From NCBI GenBank assembly GCA_039591655.1, contig JBDHDE010000006.1, forward strand, positions 35,436 through 99,435: DNA of 64,000 nt, read 5' to 3'. Below the pieces are notes generated by a model, which was not told where the DNA came from, made no database searches, and was given only the letters and a program-made list of their open reading frames with translations. This document shows positions 20,886-30,142 of this stretch, piece by piece; the stretch's first letter is position 1, and each line of letters opens with the position of its first letter. Source of the DNA: Gemmatimonadota bacterium (GTDB lineage: Bacteria; Gemmatimonadota; Gemmatimonadetes; Gemmatimonadales; GWC2-71-9). Both the position numbers and the translations under genes were made by a program.

Positions 20886-23779
20886 ACCCCCGCCGGTGCC
20901 GGCTCGTATTCCTCTATGGGCGGACAGGTGCACACCAGGTGGCGGTCGCCGTACGCGGCGTCGGCGCGTCCCACGGCCGGCCACACCTTGTGCTCTCGGG
21001 TCTGCGGGGAGGGGAACGCCGCCAGCTCGCGGGAATAGGGTCGATCCCAGTCGTCAGCCACGACGTCCTGGAGCGTGTGCGGCGCGTTGCGCAGGACGTT
21101 GTTCTCCTTGTCCGCCCGCCCCTCCTCGATGTCGCGGATCTCATCGCGGATGGCGACCATCGCGTCGCAGAAGCGGTCCAGCTCCTCCTTGGACTCACTC
21201 TCCGTGGGCTCCACCATCATCGTACCTGGTACGGGGAACGATACGGTGGGAGCGTGGAACCCGTAGTCCATGAGTCGCGTGGCCATGTCGGTCACGTCCA
21301 CGCCGGCCGACGTCTTGAAGGGGCGCGTGTCGATGATACACTCGTGGGCGATCAGGCCGTCCCGCCCCGAATACAGCAGGTCGTAGTGGCCGGCCAGCCG
21401 CCGCGCGATGTAGTTCGCGTTGAGGATGGCGACCTTGGTGGCCTCGGTGAGACCGGCAGCCCCCGTCAGGGCAATGTAGGCCCACGAGATGGGCAGTATC
21501 GACGCGCTCCCCCACGGCGCGGCCGATACCGTGCCACAGGGCTGCGCCACTCCCAGGGGCACCACGGGGTGATCGGGCAGGTGCGGGGCGAGGTGCTCGG
21601 CGACGCCGATGGGTCCCATTCCCGGTCCACCGCCGCCATGGGGGATGCAGAAGGTCTTGTGCAGGTTCAGGTGCAGCACGTCGGCGCCGATCTCCGCCGG
21701 GCGGGAGACACCCACCAAGGCGTTCATGTTGGCGCCGTCCATGTACACCTGCCCGCCGTGCTGATGCACGATGTCGCAAATCTCACGGATCGTGGTCTCG
21801 AAGACGCCGTGGGTGGACGGGTAGGTGATCATGAGGGCGGCGAGCCGGTCGCTGTTGGCCTCCGCCTTCTCACGGAAGTCCGCCATGTCCACGTTGCCGG
21901 CCTCATCGGTCTTCACTACGACCACCTCCATGCCGGCCATCACGGCGCTGGCGGGGTTGGTGCCGTGCGCCGACTTCGGGATGAGGCACACCCGCCGGTG
22001 TGTCTCACCCCGGGCCCGGTGGTAGGCCCGGATCACCATGAGGCCCGTGAACTCTCCCTGCGCGCCGGCGTTGGGCTGCAGCGAGATCGCGGCATAACCG
22101 GTGATCTCGGCGAGCCATGCCTCGAGCGTCTCGAATAGCTCAGTGTAGCCTCGGGCTTGCTCGCGGGGCACGAAGGGGTGTAAGCCGGCGAACTCGGGCC
22201 AGCTGACCGCCATCATCTCGGTCACCGCGTTGAGCTTCATGGTGCACGAGCCGAGGGGTATCATCGCCGAGTTCAACGCGAGGTCGCGGTTCTCGAGTCT
22301 CCTCAGGTACCGCATCATCTCAGTCTCGGAGTGGTACCGGCTGAAGCACTGATGCGTGAGATACCCGGATGTGCGGACAAGCGCTTCGGGTATCGCCGCC
22401 TGCGCCTCGGACGCCAGGTCCTCCACGGCGAAGTCCACGGACTTCCCGACGGCGAACACGTCGACCAGGACGGCCAACTCCTCGAGCGTCGTCACCTCGT
22501 CCAGCGTCACACCGACCCTGGTCGGCGAGAGCTGCCGGAGGTTGATGCGGTGCGCCCGCGCCCTCTCGTGCACCGTGCTCGCCCGCTTCTGTTTCGTCTC
22601 TACGGCAAGGGTGTCGAAGAACGCGTCGTGCACGACGGTGTAGCCCAGCCGGCGCAGCGCTTCCGCCAGCACAGTCGCCAGGTGATGCACCCGCTGGGCG
22701 ATGCGCCTCAGCCCCTCGGGGCCGTGGTACACGGCGTACATGCCGGCCATGACGGCCAGCAGCACCTGAGCCGTGCAGATGTTGCTGGTCGCTTTCTCGC
22801 GCCTGATGTGCTGCTCACGGGTCTGCACGGCCATGCGCAGCGCCGGGCGTCCCTTGGAATCCTTGGTGACGCCTATGATTCGGCCCGGCGCGTGCCGCTT
22901 GAACTGCCCGTGTGTAGCGAAGTATGCGGCGTGGGGACCGCCATACCCCAGCGGTACGCCGAAGCGTTGCGTGTTGCCCACCGCCATGTCCGCTCCCCAG
23001 TCGCCCGGCGGCGCGAGCAGGCACAGGCCCAAGAGGTCCGCCGCCACCGTGACCAACGCGCCACCCTCGTGGGCTCGTTCGCAGAGGGCGCGGTAATCCC
23101 GGATGCATCCGTCGCTATTGGGGTACTGCAGGAGCACGCCGATGACCTCCGGGCCGAAGGCGAACGTCGCCGGGTCTCCCACGACGATCTCGATGTCCCG
23201 GGCCTCGGCGCGGGTCTCGACAACCGCGATCGTCTGCGGGTGGCAACCCTCGTCTACCAGGAAGACCGGCGGCTCCTTGCTCTTGGACACGGCGAGACAC
23301 AACCCCATGGCCTCCGCCGCGGCGGTCCCCTCGTCCAGGAGCGAGGCGTTGGCGACATCCAGTCCTGTCAGGTCGGCGATCATCGTCTGGTAGTTGAGCA
23401 GGGCCTCGAGCCGGCCCTGGGAGATCTCCGCCTGATAAGGCGTGTACGCCGTGTACCAGCCGGGGTTCTCGAAGATGTTCCGTTGGATGACAGCTGGGAC
23501 GACGCAATCGGCGTACCCCATGCCGATGTAGGAGCGGTACACCTCGTTCTTCGTGGCGATCTCCCGTAACGCCTGGAGCACCTGGTACTCGCTGCGTGGG
23601 TTGGGAAGATCCAGCGGGCGCTCGAGGCGGATGTCTTCCGGCACCGCCGCACCGACCAGCGCGTCGAGCGAGTCGTAGCCGAGGGTCTCCAGCATGACCC
23701 GCACGTCGGCGGGACGGGGGCCGAGGTGGCGCCGCACGAACTCGTCGGCGCTCGTGGTCTGCTGTGATGGTTTGTTCAT
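20882..23779 (-). CDS. gcvP: Glycine dehydrogenase (decarboxylating), single-chain P protein
   Basis: [26 protein letters not shown] lysine HLNLHKTF. Confidence 0.98.
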   Translation of the reverse strand: MNKPSQQTTSADEFVRRHLGPRPADVRVMLETLGYDSLDALVGAAVPEDIRLERPLDLPNPRSEYQVLQALREIATKNEVYRSYIGMGYADCVVPAVIQRNIFENPGWYTAYTPYQAEISQGRLEALLNYQTMIADLTGLDVANASLLDEGTAAAEAMGLCLAVSKSKEPPVFLVDEGCHPQTIAVVETRAEARDIEIVVGDPATFAFGPEVIGVLLQYPNSDGCIRDYRALCERAHEGGALVTVAADLLGLCLLAPPGDWGADMAVGNTQRFGVPLGYGGPHAAYFATHGQFKRHAPGRIIGVTKDSKGRPALRMAVQTREQHIRREKATSNICTAQVLLAVMAGMYAVYHGPEGLRRIAQRVHHLATVLAEALRRLGYTVVHDAFFDTLAVETKQKRASTVHERARAHRINLRQLSPTRVGVTLDEVTTLEELAVLVDVFAVGKSVDFAVEDLASEAQAAIPEALVRTSGYLTHQCFSRYHSETEMMRYLRRLENRDLALNSAMIPLGSCTMKLNAVTEMMAVSWPEFAGLHPFVPREQARGYTELFETLEAWLAEITGYAAISLQPNAGAQGEFTGLMVIRAYHRARGETHRRVCLIPKSAHGTNPASAVMAGMEVVVVKTDEAGNVDMADFREKAEANSDRLAALMITYPSTHGVFETTIREICDIVHQHGGQVYMDGANMNALVGVSRPAEIGADVLHLNLHKTFCIPHGGGGPGMGPIGVAEHLAPHLPDHPVVPLGVAQPCGTVSAAPWGSASILPISWAYIALTGAAGLTEATKVAILNANYIARRLAGHYDLLYSGRDGLIAHECIIDTRPFKTSAGVDVTDMATRLMDYGFHAPTVSFPVPGTMMVEPTESESKEELDRFCDAMVAIRDEIRDIEEGRADKENNVLRNAPHTLQDVVADDWDRPYSRELAAFPSPQTREHKVWPAVGRADAAYGDRHLVCTCPPIEEYEPAPAGV

Positions 23780-23801
23780 CGCTTCACTACCCTATGCGTG
23801 C

Positions 23802-23827
23802 AAACGCCCCGGGGATCCCCAGGGCGT
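23802..23827 (-). terminator. Terminator-like hairpin between gcvH and gcvP
   Basis: Minus strand ACGCCCTGGGGATCCCCGGGGCGT followed by a short T run. Confidence 0.5.
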
Positions 23828-23869
23828 GTCGTCATGCCAGTCGCGCGAGCGTATCTCCCGGTCGGCGAC

Positions 23870-24259
23870 TCATTCCCCGATGTGCTGTATGTAGTCGGCA
23901 GCGGACAGGAGCCGACCGAGATCATCGGGGTTGCGCAACCGGAGCTTGATCATCCACCCCTCACCGAACGGATCGCGGTTGACGATGCCCGGGTCGCCCT
24001 CGATGGCCTGGTTTACCTCCACGATCTCGCCCGCCACGGGACAGAACAGCTCGGAGACGGCCTTCACTGCCTCGATCGTACCGAAGACGTCCATCTGGGC
24101 GAAGTTCGCGCCCGCTTCGGGAAGTTCCACGAACACGACGTCGCCCAGTTCGCCCTGAGCGTAGTCGGTGATACCGATGATCACGACACCGGCGTCCTCG
24201 GCCGGCTTCACGTACTCGTGTTCCTCGGTGTAGTGCAGGCTCTCAGGAACCTCTGACAT
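23870..24259 (-). CDS. gcvH: Glycine cleavage system H protein
   Basis: GITDYAQGELGDVVFV, lipoyl lysine EAVKA. Confidence 0.97.
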   Translation of the reverse strand: MSEVPESLHYTEEHEYVKPAEDAGVVIIGITDYAQGELGDVVFVELPEAGANFAQMDVFGTIEAVKAVSELFCPVAGEIVEVNQAIEGDPGIVNRDPFGEGWMIKLRLRNPDDLGRLLSAADYIQHIGE

Positions 24260-24319
24260 GGGCGTTCCACTCTGAGGATTGAGTTGCGAGGCGTAGGTTA
24301 TCGGAGCGTCCTCGGCATG

Positions 24320-25513
24320 TCAACTGGGCCTCACGCCCCGCACAAAGAGACCCGACGCCACACTTTCGCGCGGTGGCTCGGCGACGAAACACTCGCGCTC
24401 TAGGGAGCTCCCGCCCGGTGGCGCCGCCGACTGCGGTGACGGTGCCGTGGCGCCGTATGCCGCCAGGGCGGTCCGCTTGTGCTCCCGCCAGGGCCGCACA
24501 TCGAGGCAGGCGGCGAGCGACGATGCTGTCGGATCGGCGGCGAAGAACAACGTGGCGGTTGAGCCCGCTTCGCGCCACGCCTGGCGCACCCAATCGTGCA
24601 CTATTCCTTCGTCGCTTCCACCGCCCATGACGATTACCTCGGGTGCGATCCGGCGGATGAGCGCGGTGATGGCCCGAGGGCCCGCGGGGGCGTCTCGCCC
24701 GACGGCGCCCAGAGACAGCTCGAGGGCGGTTGCCCCGGCCAGGCCGAGCGCTTCCCGAGCCGGTGCAAGCTGCGCGGCCCGGGCGGTGACGCAGGCGAGG
24801 TGAACCGCCAGGCCGCCGTCGGCGTACCGTGCACACGTTCCGGCCATGTCCCGAACGGCCGCCTCCGGGCCAGCCGTGACGGCGAGGAGCGGGCCGTTTG
24901 CTTCCTCCGCTGCCGCCGCTCGCTCCCGGATGCTGCACCACGCATCCCACGCCGCCCCCTCCAGTTGCTCGATGGTGCCGCCGTTGTCGACCACGATGTC
25001 GCTTCGCCGGCGCTTGTCACCGGGGGGGAGCTGCGCGGCTATCATGCGGTCCGCTTCGTCACCGTTCAGACCTCGCTGTGCCATGATGCGCTCACGGCGC
25101 ACCTCCGGCGGCGCGTCAACCAGCACGACGAGATCGAAGACGGACGGATCGAGCGCCTCGAACAGCAGGGGGATGTCGTTGACGAGGATGAGGTCGCCCC
25201 GCTCGACGGCACGGGTAACCAGCTCGCTGCGGTGCCGCCGGACCGCGGGGTGTACGATGGCGTTGAGGGCGGCCAGGGCGTCTGCGTCGCGCATCACTAC
25301 GCTGCGCAGCGCATCGCGATCCAGGGCGCCGTCGGGGCGCAGCACACCTCTGCCGAACTGCTCGATGATGGCGGCAAGCGCCGGGGTCCCGGGGCGCTGC
25401 GCGTCCCGGGCCAACTCGTCGGCGTCGATGACCGTGGCGCCCCAGTCGGCGAAGCAGCCGGCCACCGTTGACTTGCCGGAGGCGATGTTGCCGGTGAGCC
25501 CCACGTTCAGCAT
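24320..25513 (-). CDS. coaE: Dephospho-CoA kinase with C-terminal degenerate PIG-L/LmbE-like domain
   Basis: GLTGNIASGKST, IDAD, LNAIVHP, DIPLLFE, plus ~200 extra residues; GGAGG before ATG 25513. Confidence 0.88.
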   Translation of the reverse strand: MLNVGLTGNIASGKSTVAGCFADWGATVIDADELARDAQRPGTPALAAIIEQFGRGVLRPDGALDRDALRSVVMRDADALAALNAIVHPAVRRHRSELVTRAVERGDLILVNDIPLLFEALDPSVFDLVVLVDAPPEVRRERIMAQRGLNGDEADRMIAAQLPPGDKRRRSDIVVDNGGTIEQLEGAAWDAWCSIRERAAAAEEANGPLLAVTAGPEAAVRDMAGTCARYADGGLAVHLACVTARAAQLAPAREALGLAGATALELSLGAVGRDAPAGPRAITALIRRIAPEVIVMGGGSDEGIVHDWVRQAWREAGSTATLFFAADPTASSLAACLDVRPWREHKRTALAAYGATAPSPQSAAPPGGSSLERECFVAEPPRESVASGLFVRGVRPS

Positions 25514-25558
25514 GTGCACCTCCCGGTCGCCGCGCGCTCGTGTGGGCGCACCCCAGCC

Positions 25559-26161
25559 CTACAGCAGTGTGGTCTGATCCTCGTCCACCCTCGGCACCTC
25601 GTGACAGTGCCGGCACCGCGCCTCGTAACTCTCGCTGCCTCCCACCAGGATGGTCGGGGAATCGAACCGCGCCGGGTGGCCGTCGATGAGCCGCTGGTTG
25701 CGGGTGGCGGGGTCCCCGCACCGCACGCAGATGGCGTGTAGCTTGTCGACTACCTCGGCCACGGCGAGGAGCTGCGGCATGGCGCCGAACGGGTTGCCGC
25801 GGAAGTCCGTGTCCGTCCCCGCTACGATCACCCGCGTGCCGTTGCCGGCCAGGCTGGTGCAGACCTCCACGATGCCGACGTCCAGGAACTGGGCCTCGTC
25901 GATTGCGACGACCTCGGACTGGGGTCGCACCAGACGCATCACCTCCGAGGATGAGTCCACCGGCTGGGCGTCCACCGAGATGCCGTCGTGGGTCGTGACC
26001 GAGTACACCCCGTGGCGGTCGTCGAGGTGGGACTTGAAGACCTGCAGGCACTTCCGGGCGATGACCGCCCGCCGCACCCGCCGGATGAGCTCCTCGCTCT
26101 TGCCGCTAAACATCACTCCGGTAATCACTTCGATCCATCCGGGGTGGGTGCTGTGTTCCAT
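25559..26161 (-). CDS. tdk: Thymidine kinase
   Basis: [17 protein letters not shown], Zn sites CVRC and CRHC. Confidence 0.96.
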   Translation of the reverse strand: MEHSTHPGWIEVITGVMFSGKSEELIRRVRRAVIARKCLQVFKSHLDDRHGVYSVTTHDGISVDAQPVDSSSEVMRLVRPQSEVVAIDEAQFLDVGIVEVCTSLAGNGTRVIVAGTDTDFRGNPFGAMPQLLAVAEVVDKLHAICVRCGDPATRNQRLIDGHPARFDSPTILVGGSESYEARCRHCHEVPRVDEDQTTLL

Positions 26162-26327
26162 CGGGCCGGCCCTTCGCTGGGGAGCGGAGACGGTACCGCG
26201 GCCGCCGGGAGGGGGCAAGCCGCTTGCCAATATCAGCCGGGCATCCATACTTAGTGCCGGTGGCGCGCCGCCCAGACGTCGCGCCGATGGACACCTACCT
26301 TAATTCTATAGTCAGGGGAGGATAGGC

Positions 26328-26612
26328 GTGAACAAGACAGAGCTGATCGAGGCCGTGGCAGCGAACGTAGGGCTCTCGAAAGCGGATGCCGGTCGCGCCG
26401 TCGAGGCCGTCTTCGGCGAAGGCGGACTCATCGCGAAGGAGCTGCGGGGCGGCAGCCGGGTCCAGATCACGGGCTTCGGCACGTTCGTGGCGCGCAAGCG
26501 GGCCGCCCGGACCGGACGCGATCCGCGCACCGGCGGCTCGATCCAGATTGCCGCCGCCACCGTGCCGGCATTCAAGGCAGGTCAAGGTCTGAAGGACGCC
26601 GTCAACAAGTAG
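26328..26612 (+). CDS. hup: HU family DNA-binding protein
   Basis: MNKTELI, GFGTF, RTGRDPRTG, PAFKAG. Confidence 0.95.
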   Translation: MNKTELIEAVAANVGLSKADAGRAVEAVFGEGGLIAKELRGGSRVQITGFGTFVARKRAARTGRDPRTGGSIQIAAATVPAFKAGQGLKDAVNK

Positions 26613-26629
26613 GCCCTCACACAACTGTC

Positions 26630-26686
26630 CCCACCAGTCAGCGATCAGCCGCCGGGCTCACCGGCCCTAGGCTGATCGCTGGTGGG
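26630..26686. terminator. Long hairpin between convergent genes
   Basis: CAGCGATCAGCC (26639-26650) / GGCTGATCGCTG (26670-26681), with outer CCCACC/GGTGGG. Confidence 0.55.
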
Positions 26687-26701
26687 TGACGGTCCTCCCA
26701 C

Positions 26702-28027
26702 TCAGCGACGGTCGATGCGGGCCGCGACGGCCCGCCCCCGGAGTGTCACGCCTTCCAGCCCCTTGAGAGCGCGCTCGGCCACCTCCGCGCGCACCTCCAC
26801 GATCGAGAAGCTCTCCCGGATATCCACGCGCCCGATGTGATCCTTGGGTAGGCCCACCGCGTTGAGCAGCGCGCCCACCACGTCGCCCGTGCGTAGGCGG
26901 TCGCGCCGCCCGGCGTTGACGTGGATGTGGACCCAGGTAGGCAGGCCATCCGCCGCGGCTGCTCCGGCGCCCTTGGTCTCGGTCAGCCGGAGGGCGGCGG
27001 CGGCCACCAGCGCGGGATCGTACTCGTCGAACAGCGGCGTCAGGGTCGCCAGGTCGCCCGCAAAGTCGGCTGACTCCAGGCGGCCGCGGACCAGGGCGCG
27101 GACGTGCGCCTGCCGGTCGCGGGCCCGATCGGCCTCAGAGGGGAGGCGCAGCGGGGCGAGGGGCTCAGCGATCCGGCGCAGGTAGGCGAGTTGTGTCGCC
27201 CGGGGGAGAACCACCACGTCGCGGGCCACCTGATGGAGCGCGGCCAGCGCCTCCGCGCAGGGGAGCTCGATGGCGAGGGCCACCTCGACGTGCTCCTCCC
27301 CTGGGTCGGCGCCGATCCGCACCGTGGGGTCCCCCCGGTACTCCGCCCACCGCAGCTCCGCCAGGGGTGTGGGATCCCATATCAGGGCCTGGGATGGGTT
27401 CAGGCCGTCGAGAGCGGACCGGATGGCCCAGCCCAGGCGCTGGCGATCTACCAGGGCGTAGCGCGCCCGGCCAACGGGAGCATCCGGGGGGCGGGCCGCA
27501 GGGACCACCGGAGCGCGCCGGGCATGGCGCTCGATGAAATCCGCAGCTGGGGCCTCGTCCGCGGTGGCAACGAGCCGCTGGGCCGATTGGCATTCGCCGA
27601 GGATCGTGTCGAGGGACTCGCCAGCGCCGAGCTCGGAGTGCAGCTCGGGCCAGAGGATCGCGACCCGCGGGAGGGATTCGAGCTTGAGCGTGGAGCGCCC
27701 TACGAGCTGCAGGGCGTCTGCCGGAGTGGCGATGAGGGTCCGGACGGCGCCGGTCTTGATGAGGCGGGAGGCGCGGGCCAGGCCGCTCACCGGGTGAACC
27801 GGCCCCAGCGGCTCCGCGGTGTCGACCAAGGGGGCCAGTTCCACGGCTTCCGCCGCCTCCGGGACCAGCATGAGGAGGTCTACGCCGGCAGCCTCCGGGG
27901 CGGGGAGTTGGCCCAGCAGCGGCAGCACGGCCCACCCCGCCGGCGGGGCGATGTACACGAGATTCTTGCGGTTGGCCAACGCAGCCCGATGGGCGGCGTC
28001 GAACGCCGGCGCAAACGTCCAAGACAC
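26702..28027 (-). CDS. Degenerate DEAD-box-like protein with C-terminal DbpA RNA-binding domain
   Basis: C-terminal NAGRRDRLRTGDVVGAL...IGRVDIRESFSIVEV; N-terminal helicase-like remnants without GKT or DEAD. Confidence 0.8.
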   Translation of the reverse strand: MSWTFAPAFDAAHRAALANRKNLVYIAPPAGWAVLPLLGQLPAPEAAGVDLLMLVPEAAEAVELAPLVDTAEPLGPVHPVSGLARASRLIKTGAVRTLIATPADALQLVGRSTLKLESLPRVAILWPELHSELGAGESLDTILGECQSAQRLVATADEAPAADFIERHARRAPVVPAARPPDAPVGRARYALVDRQRLGWAIRSALDGLNPSQALIWDPTPLAELRWAEYRGDPTVRIGADPGEEHVEVALAIELPCAEALAALHQVARDVVVLPRATQLAYLRRIAEPLAPLRLPSEADRARDRQAHVRALVRGRLESADFAGDLATLTPLFDEYDPALVAAAALRLTETKGAGAAAADGLPTWVHIHVNAGRRDRLRTGDVVGALLNAVGLPKDHIGRVDIRESFSIVEVRAEVAERALKGLEGVTLRGRAVAARIDRR

Positions 28028-28179
28028 GGGATCCCTCGGTTGTCAAAGAAGCCAGAGTGGTTCCGACTCTGGGGCGATAGTACCTTGCACCGTGGCTCGC
28101 CGCAACCAAGCCGGCCGGGAGGCCCGCGCGGCGGGCGGACGGGCCCGGCGGCTCGCTGTCCCCCGAACAGGTGACGCCC

Positions 28180-28980
28180 ATGGCCCGCTGGTGGAACCGG
28201 CTCCAATCCGTCGTCTACACGCGGCTGCACTGGATCAATGAGCTCTACGCCCGTGCTGCCGGCCGCGAGGTGGGCGAGATCCCGCTTCCCCCACTCGCCA
28301 CAGTGAGGAGCCCGCTTCCCGAGGCACGGCTGGCCGTGGTCACCACAGCGGGTGTGCACCTCAGGACCCAGGAGCCGTTCGACATGGCGGACGGAGAGGG
28401 CGACGCCTCGCTCCGGGTGCTCCCGACCGACGCTGCGCCGGCCGACCTCACGATCACCCACGACTACTACGATCACCGCGCCGCCGATCGGGACATCAAC
28501 TGCGTCTATCCCGTCGAGCGCCTCCGGGAGCTCGTGTCCCGGGGTGAGTTGGGCAGCCTCGCCCCACGCCACGTCGGGATGATGGGCCATCTGTACGGGA
28601 CCCAGTGGGAGCGGCTCAATCGGGAGGGCGCCCGCCGGATCGCAGCTCTGTTCAGGGACGACGCGGTGGATGTCGCGCTCGCCGTCCCGGGGTGAGCCAC
28701 CTGCCACCGGTCCGTGGGACTGGTCGCGCGGGCGATCGAAGAAGTCGGCATCCCGACCGTGACGCTGAGCGTGGTGCGCACGATGACGGAGTCGCTTCCC
28801 GCGCCCCGCAACGTCCTGGTCAGGTTCCGGCTCGGGCAGGTCTTCGGGGAGCCGGGCCACGTGGCGCAGCAGCGCACGATCCTGCGCGCCGCGCTGGCGG
28901 CCTTCGGGTCGGCCGCCGAGGCCGGCGCCGTCATCGAGTTGCCCTACCGCTGGAAGAAGGAGGTGTACGAGGAGTCGTGA
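28180..28980 (+). CDS. PrdB/GrdB-like selenoprotein (UGA 28693-28695 read as Sec)
   Basis: ORFs 28171-28695 and 28714-28980 share a frame. Joined sequence VPG-U-ATCHRSVGLVARAIEEVGIPTV. N-terminal VTTAGVH, HDYYD...DINCVYP match the selenoprotein-B family. Confidence 0.88.
28706..28724 (+). promoter_or_regulatory. Candidate bacterial SECIS hairpin
   Basis: ACCGGTCC-gtg-GGACTGGT (8 bp, one G-U pair) after a 10-nt spacer from the UGA. Confidence 0.7.
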
Positions 28981-29020
28981 GCGCGTTGACAGCAGCTGCC
29001 GCGGGCATGAGCTTGGCGCC

Positions 29021-30142
29021 ATGAGGCTCAAGGTCAGTCACCCGGGAGCGGGCGTGCTGGTGCTCCTCTGCCTCGCCACGCACGCCGCGGGACCCCTGCG
29101 TGGCCAGGAGCGCCGGGCGCCCCGCGAGCTGGGTGTGGTCGTGGGGGTTCTTCCGCCGGGGCCCCTCAACGCCATCACGGACGTCACGGGCGTTCGGGTG
29201 GGGCACGTCACCGTTGCCCGGGGCGACTCCATCAACACCGGCGTCACGGCGATTCTCCCCCACGGCGGCAACGTGTTCCGCCAGAAGGTGCCCGCCGCCA
29301 TCGTGGTGGGGAACGGGTATGGGAAGCTCGCCGGGATGACGCAGGTGCAGGAGCTCGGCGAGCTCGAGTCGCCCGTTGTACTGACCTGCACCCTCTGCGT
29401 GCCGCGGGCTGCCGATGCGGTGCTGACCTACCTGCTGGACCTCCCGGGCAACGAGGATGTGCGCTCGGCCAACCCCGTTGTGGGCGAGACGAACGACGGT
29501 GCCCTGAACCACATCCGGTTGCGGCCCATTACTGAGGAGGACGTTCTCCAGGCGATCCGCACGGCCGCGGGGGGACCGGTGGAGCAGGGCAGCGTGGGCG
29601 CGGGCCGGGGGACGGTGGCGTTCGGGTGGAAGGGCGGGATCGGCACGGCGAGCCGCCGGCTACCGGAGCGGCTCGGCGGGTGGACCGTGGGCGTGCTGGT
29701 GCAGACGAACTTCGGCGGCGTGCTCTCCATCGCCGGCGCGCCGGTAGGGCAGGAGTTGGGCCGGTACTACCTGAAGGATGTTGGCGACGGCTCCATCATG
29801 ATCGTCGTCGCCACCGACGCGCCCCTCACCCACCGCAATATGGAGCGCCTCGGCAGGCGGGCCCTGGCCGGACTGGCCCGCACCGGAAGCTCCATGACCA
29901 ACGGCTCGGGTGACTACGTGATCGCGTTCAGTACCGTGCCGGTGCGCGAGCTCGCGGCGGCGGGGCCGCTGTCGAACCAGCGCATGAGCCCGCTGTTCCA
30001 GGCTGTCATCGAGGCGACCGAGGAAGCGATTTACAGCTCGATCTTCCTGGCGACGTCGGTGGCCGGGCACCGCGCAACTGTGGAAGCCCTCCCCCTAGAA
30101 GCCACCCTGGAGATCCTCGAGCGGTACGGAGTGATTCGCTGA
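29021..30142 (+). CDS. DmpA / peptidase family P1 (S58) aminopeptidase, signal peptide
   Basis: NAITDVTGVRVGH, ETNDG, GSVGAG.G, autocleavage G|SIMIVVATDAP, NGSGD. Confidence 0.92.
   Translation: MRLKVSHPGAGVLVLLCLATHAAGPLRGQERRAPRELGVVVGVLPPGPLNAITDVTGVRVGHVTVARGDSINTGVTAILPHGGNVFRQKVPAAIVVGNGYGKLAGMTQVQELGELESPVVLTCTLCVPRAADAVLTYLLDLPGNEDVRSANPVVGETNDGALNHIRLRPITEEDVLQAIRTAAGGPVEQGSVGAGRGTVAFGWKGGIGTASRRLPERLGGWTVGVLVQTNFGGVLSIAGAPVGQELGRYYLKDVGDGSIMIVVATDAPLTHRNMERLGRRALAGLARTGSSMTNGSGDYVIAFSTVPVRELAAAGPLSNQRMSPLFQAVIEATEEAIYSSIFLATSVAGHRATVEALPLEATLEILERYGVIR

Noticed and set aside
23780..24320. Glycine riboswitch near gcvH/gcvP
   Set aside because: Spacers are too short and lack the GGAGA...CCGAAG...CTCTCAGG aptamer pattern.
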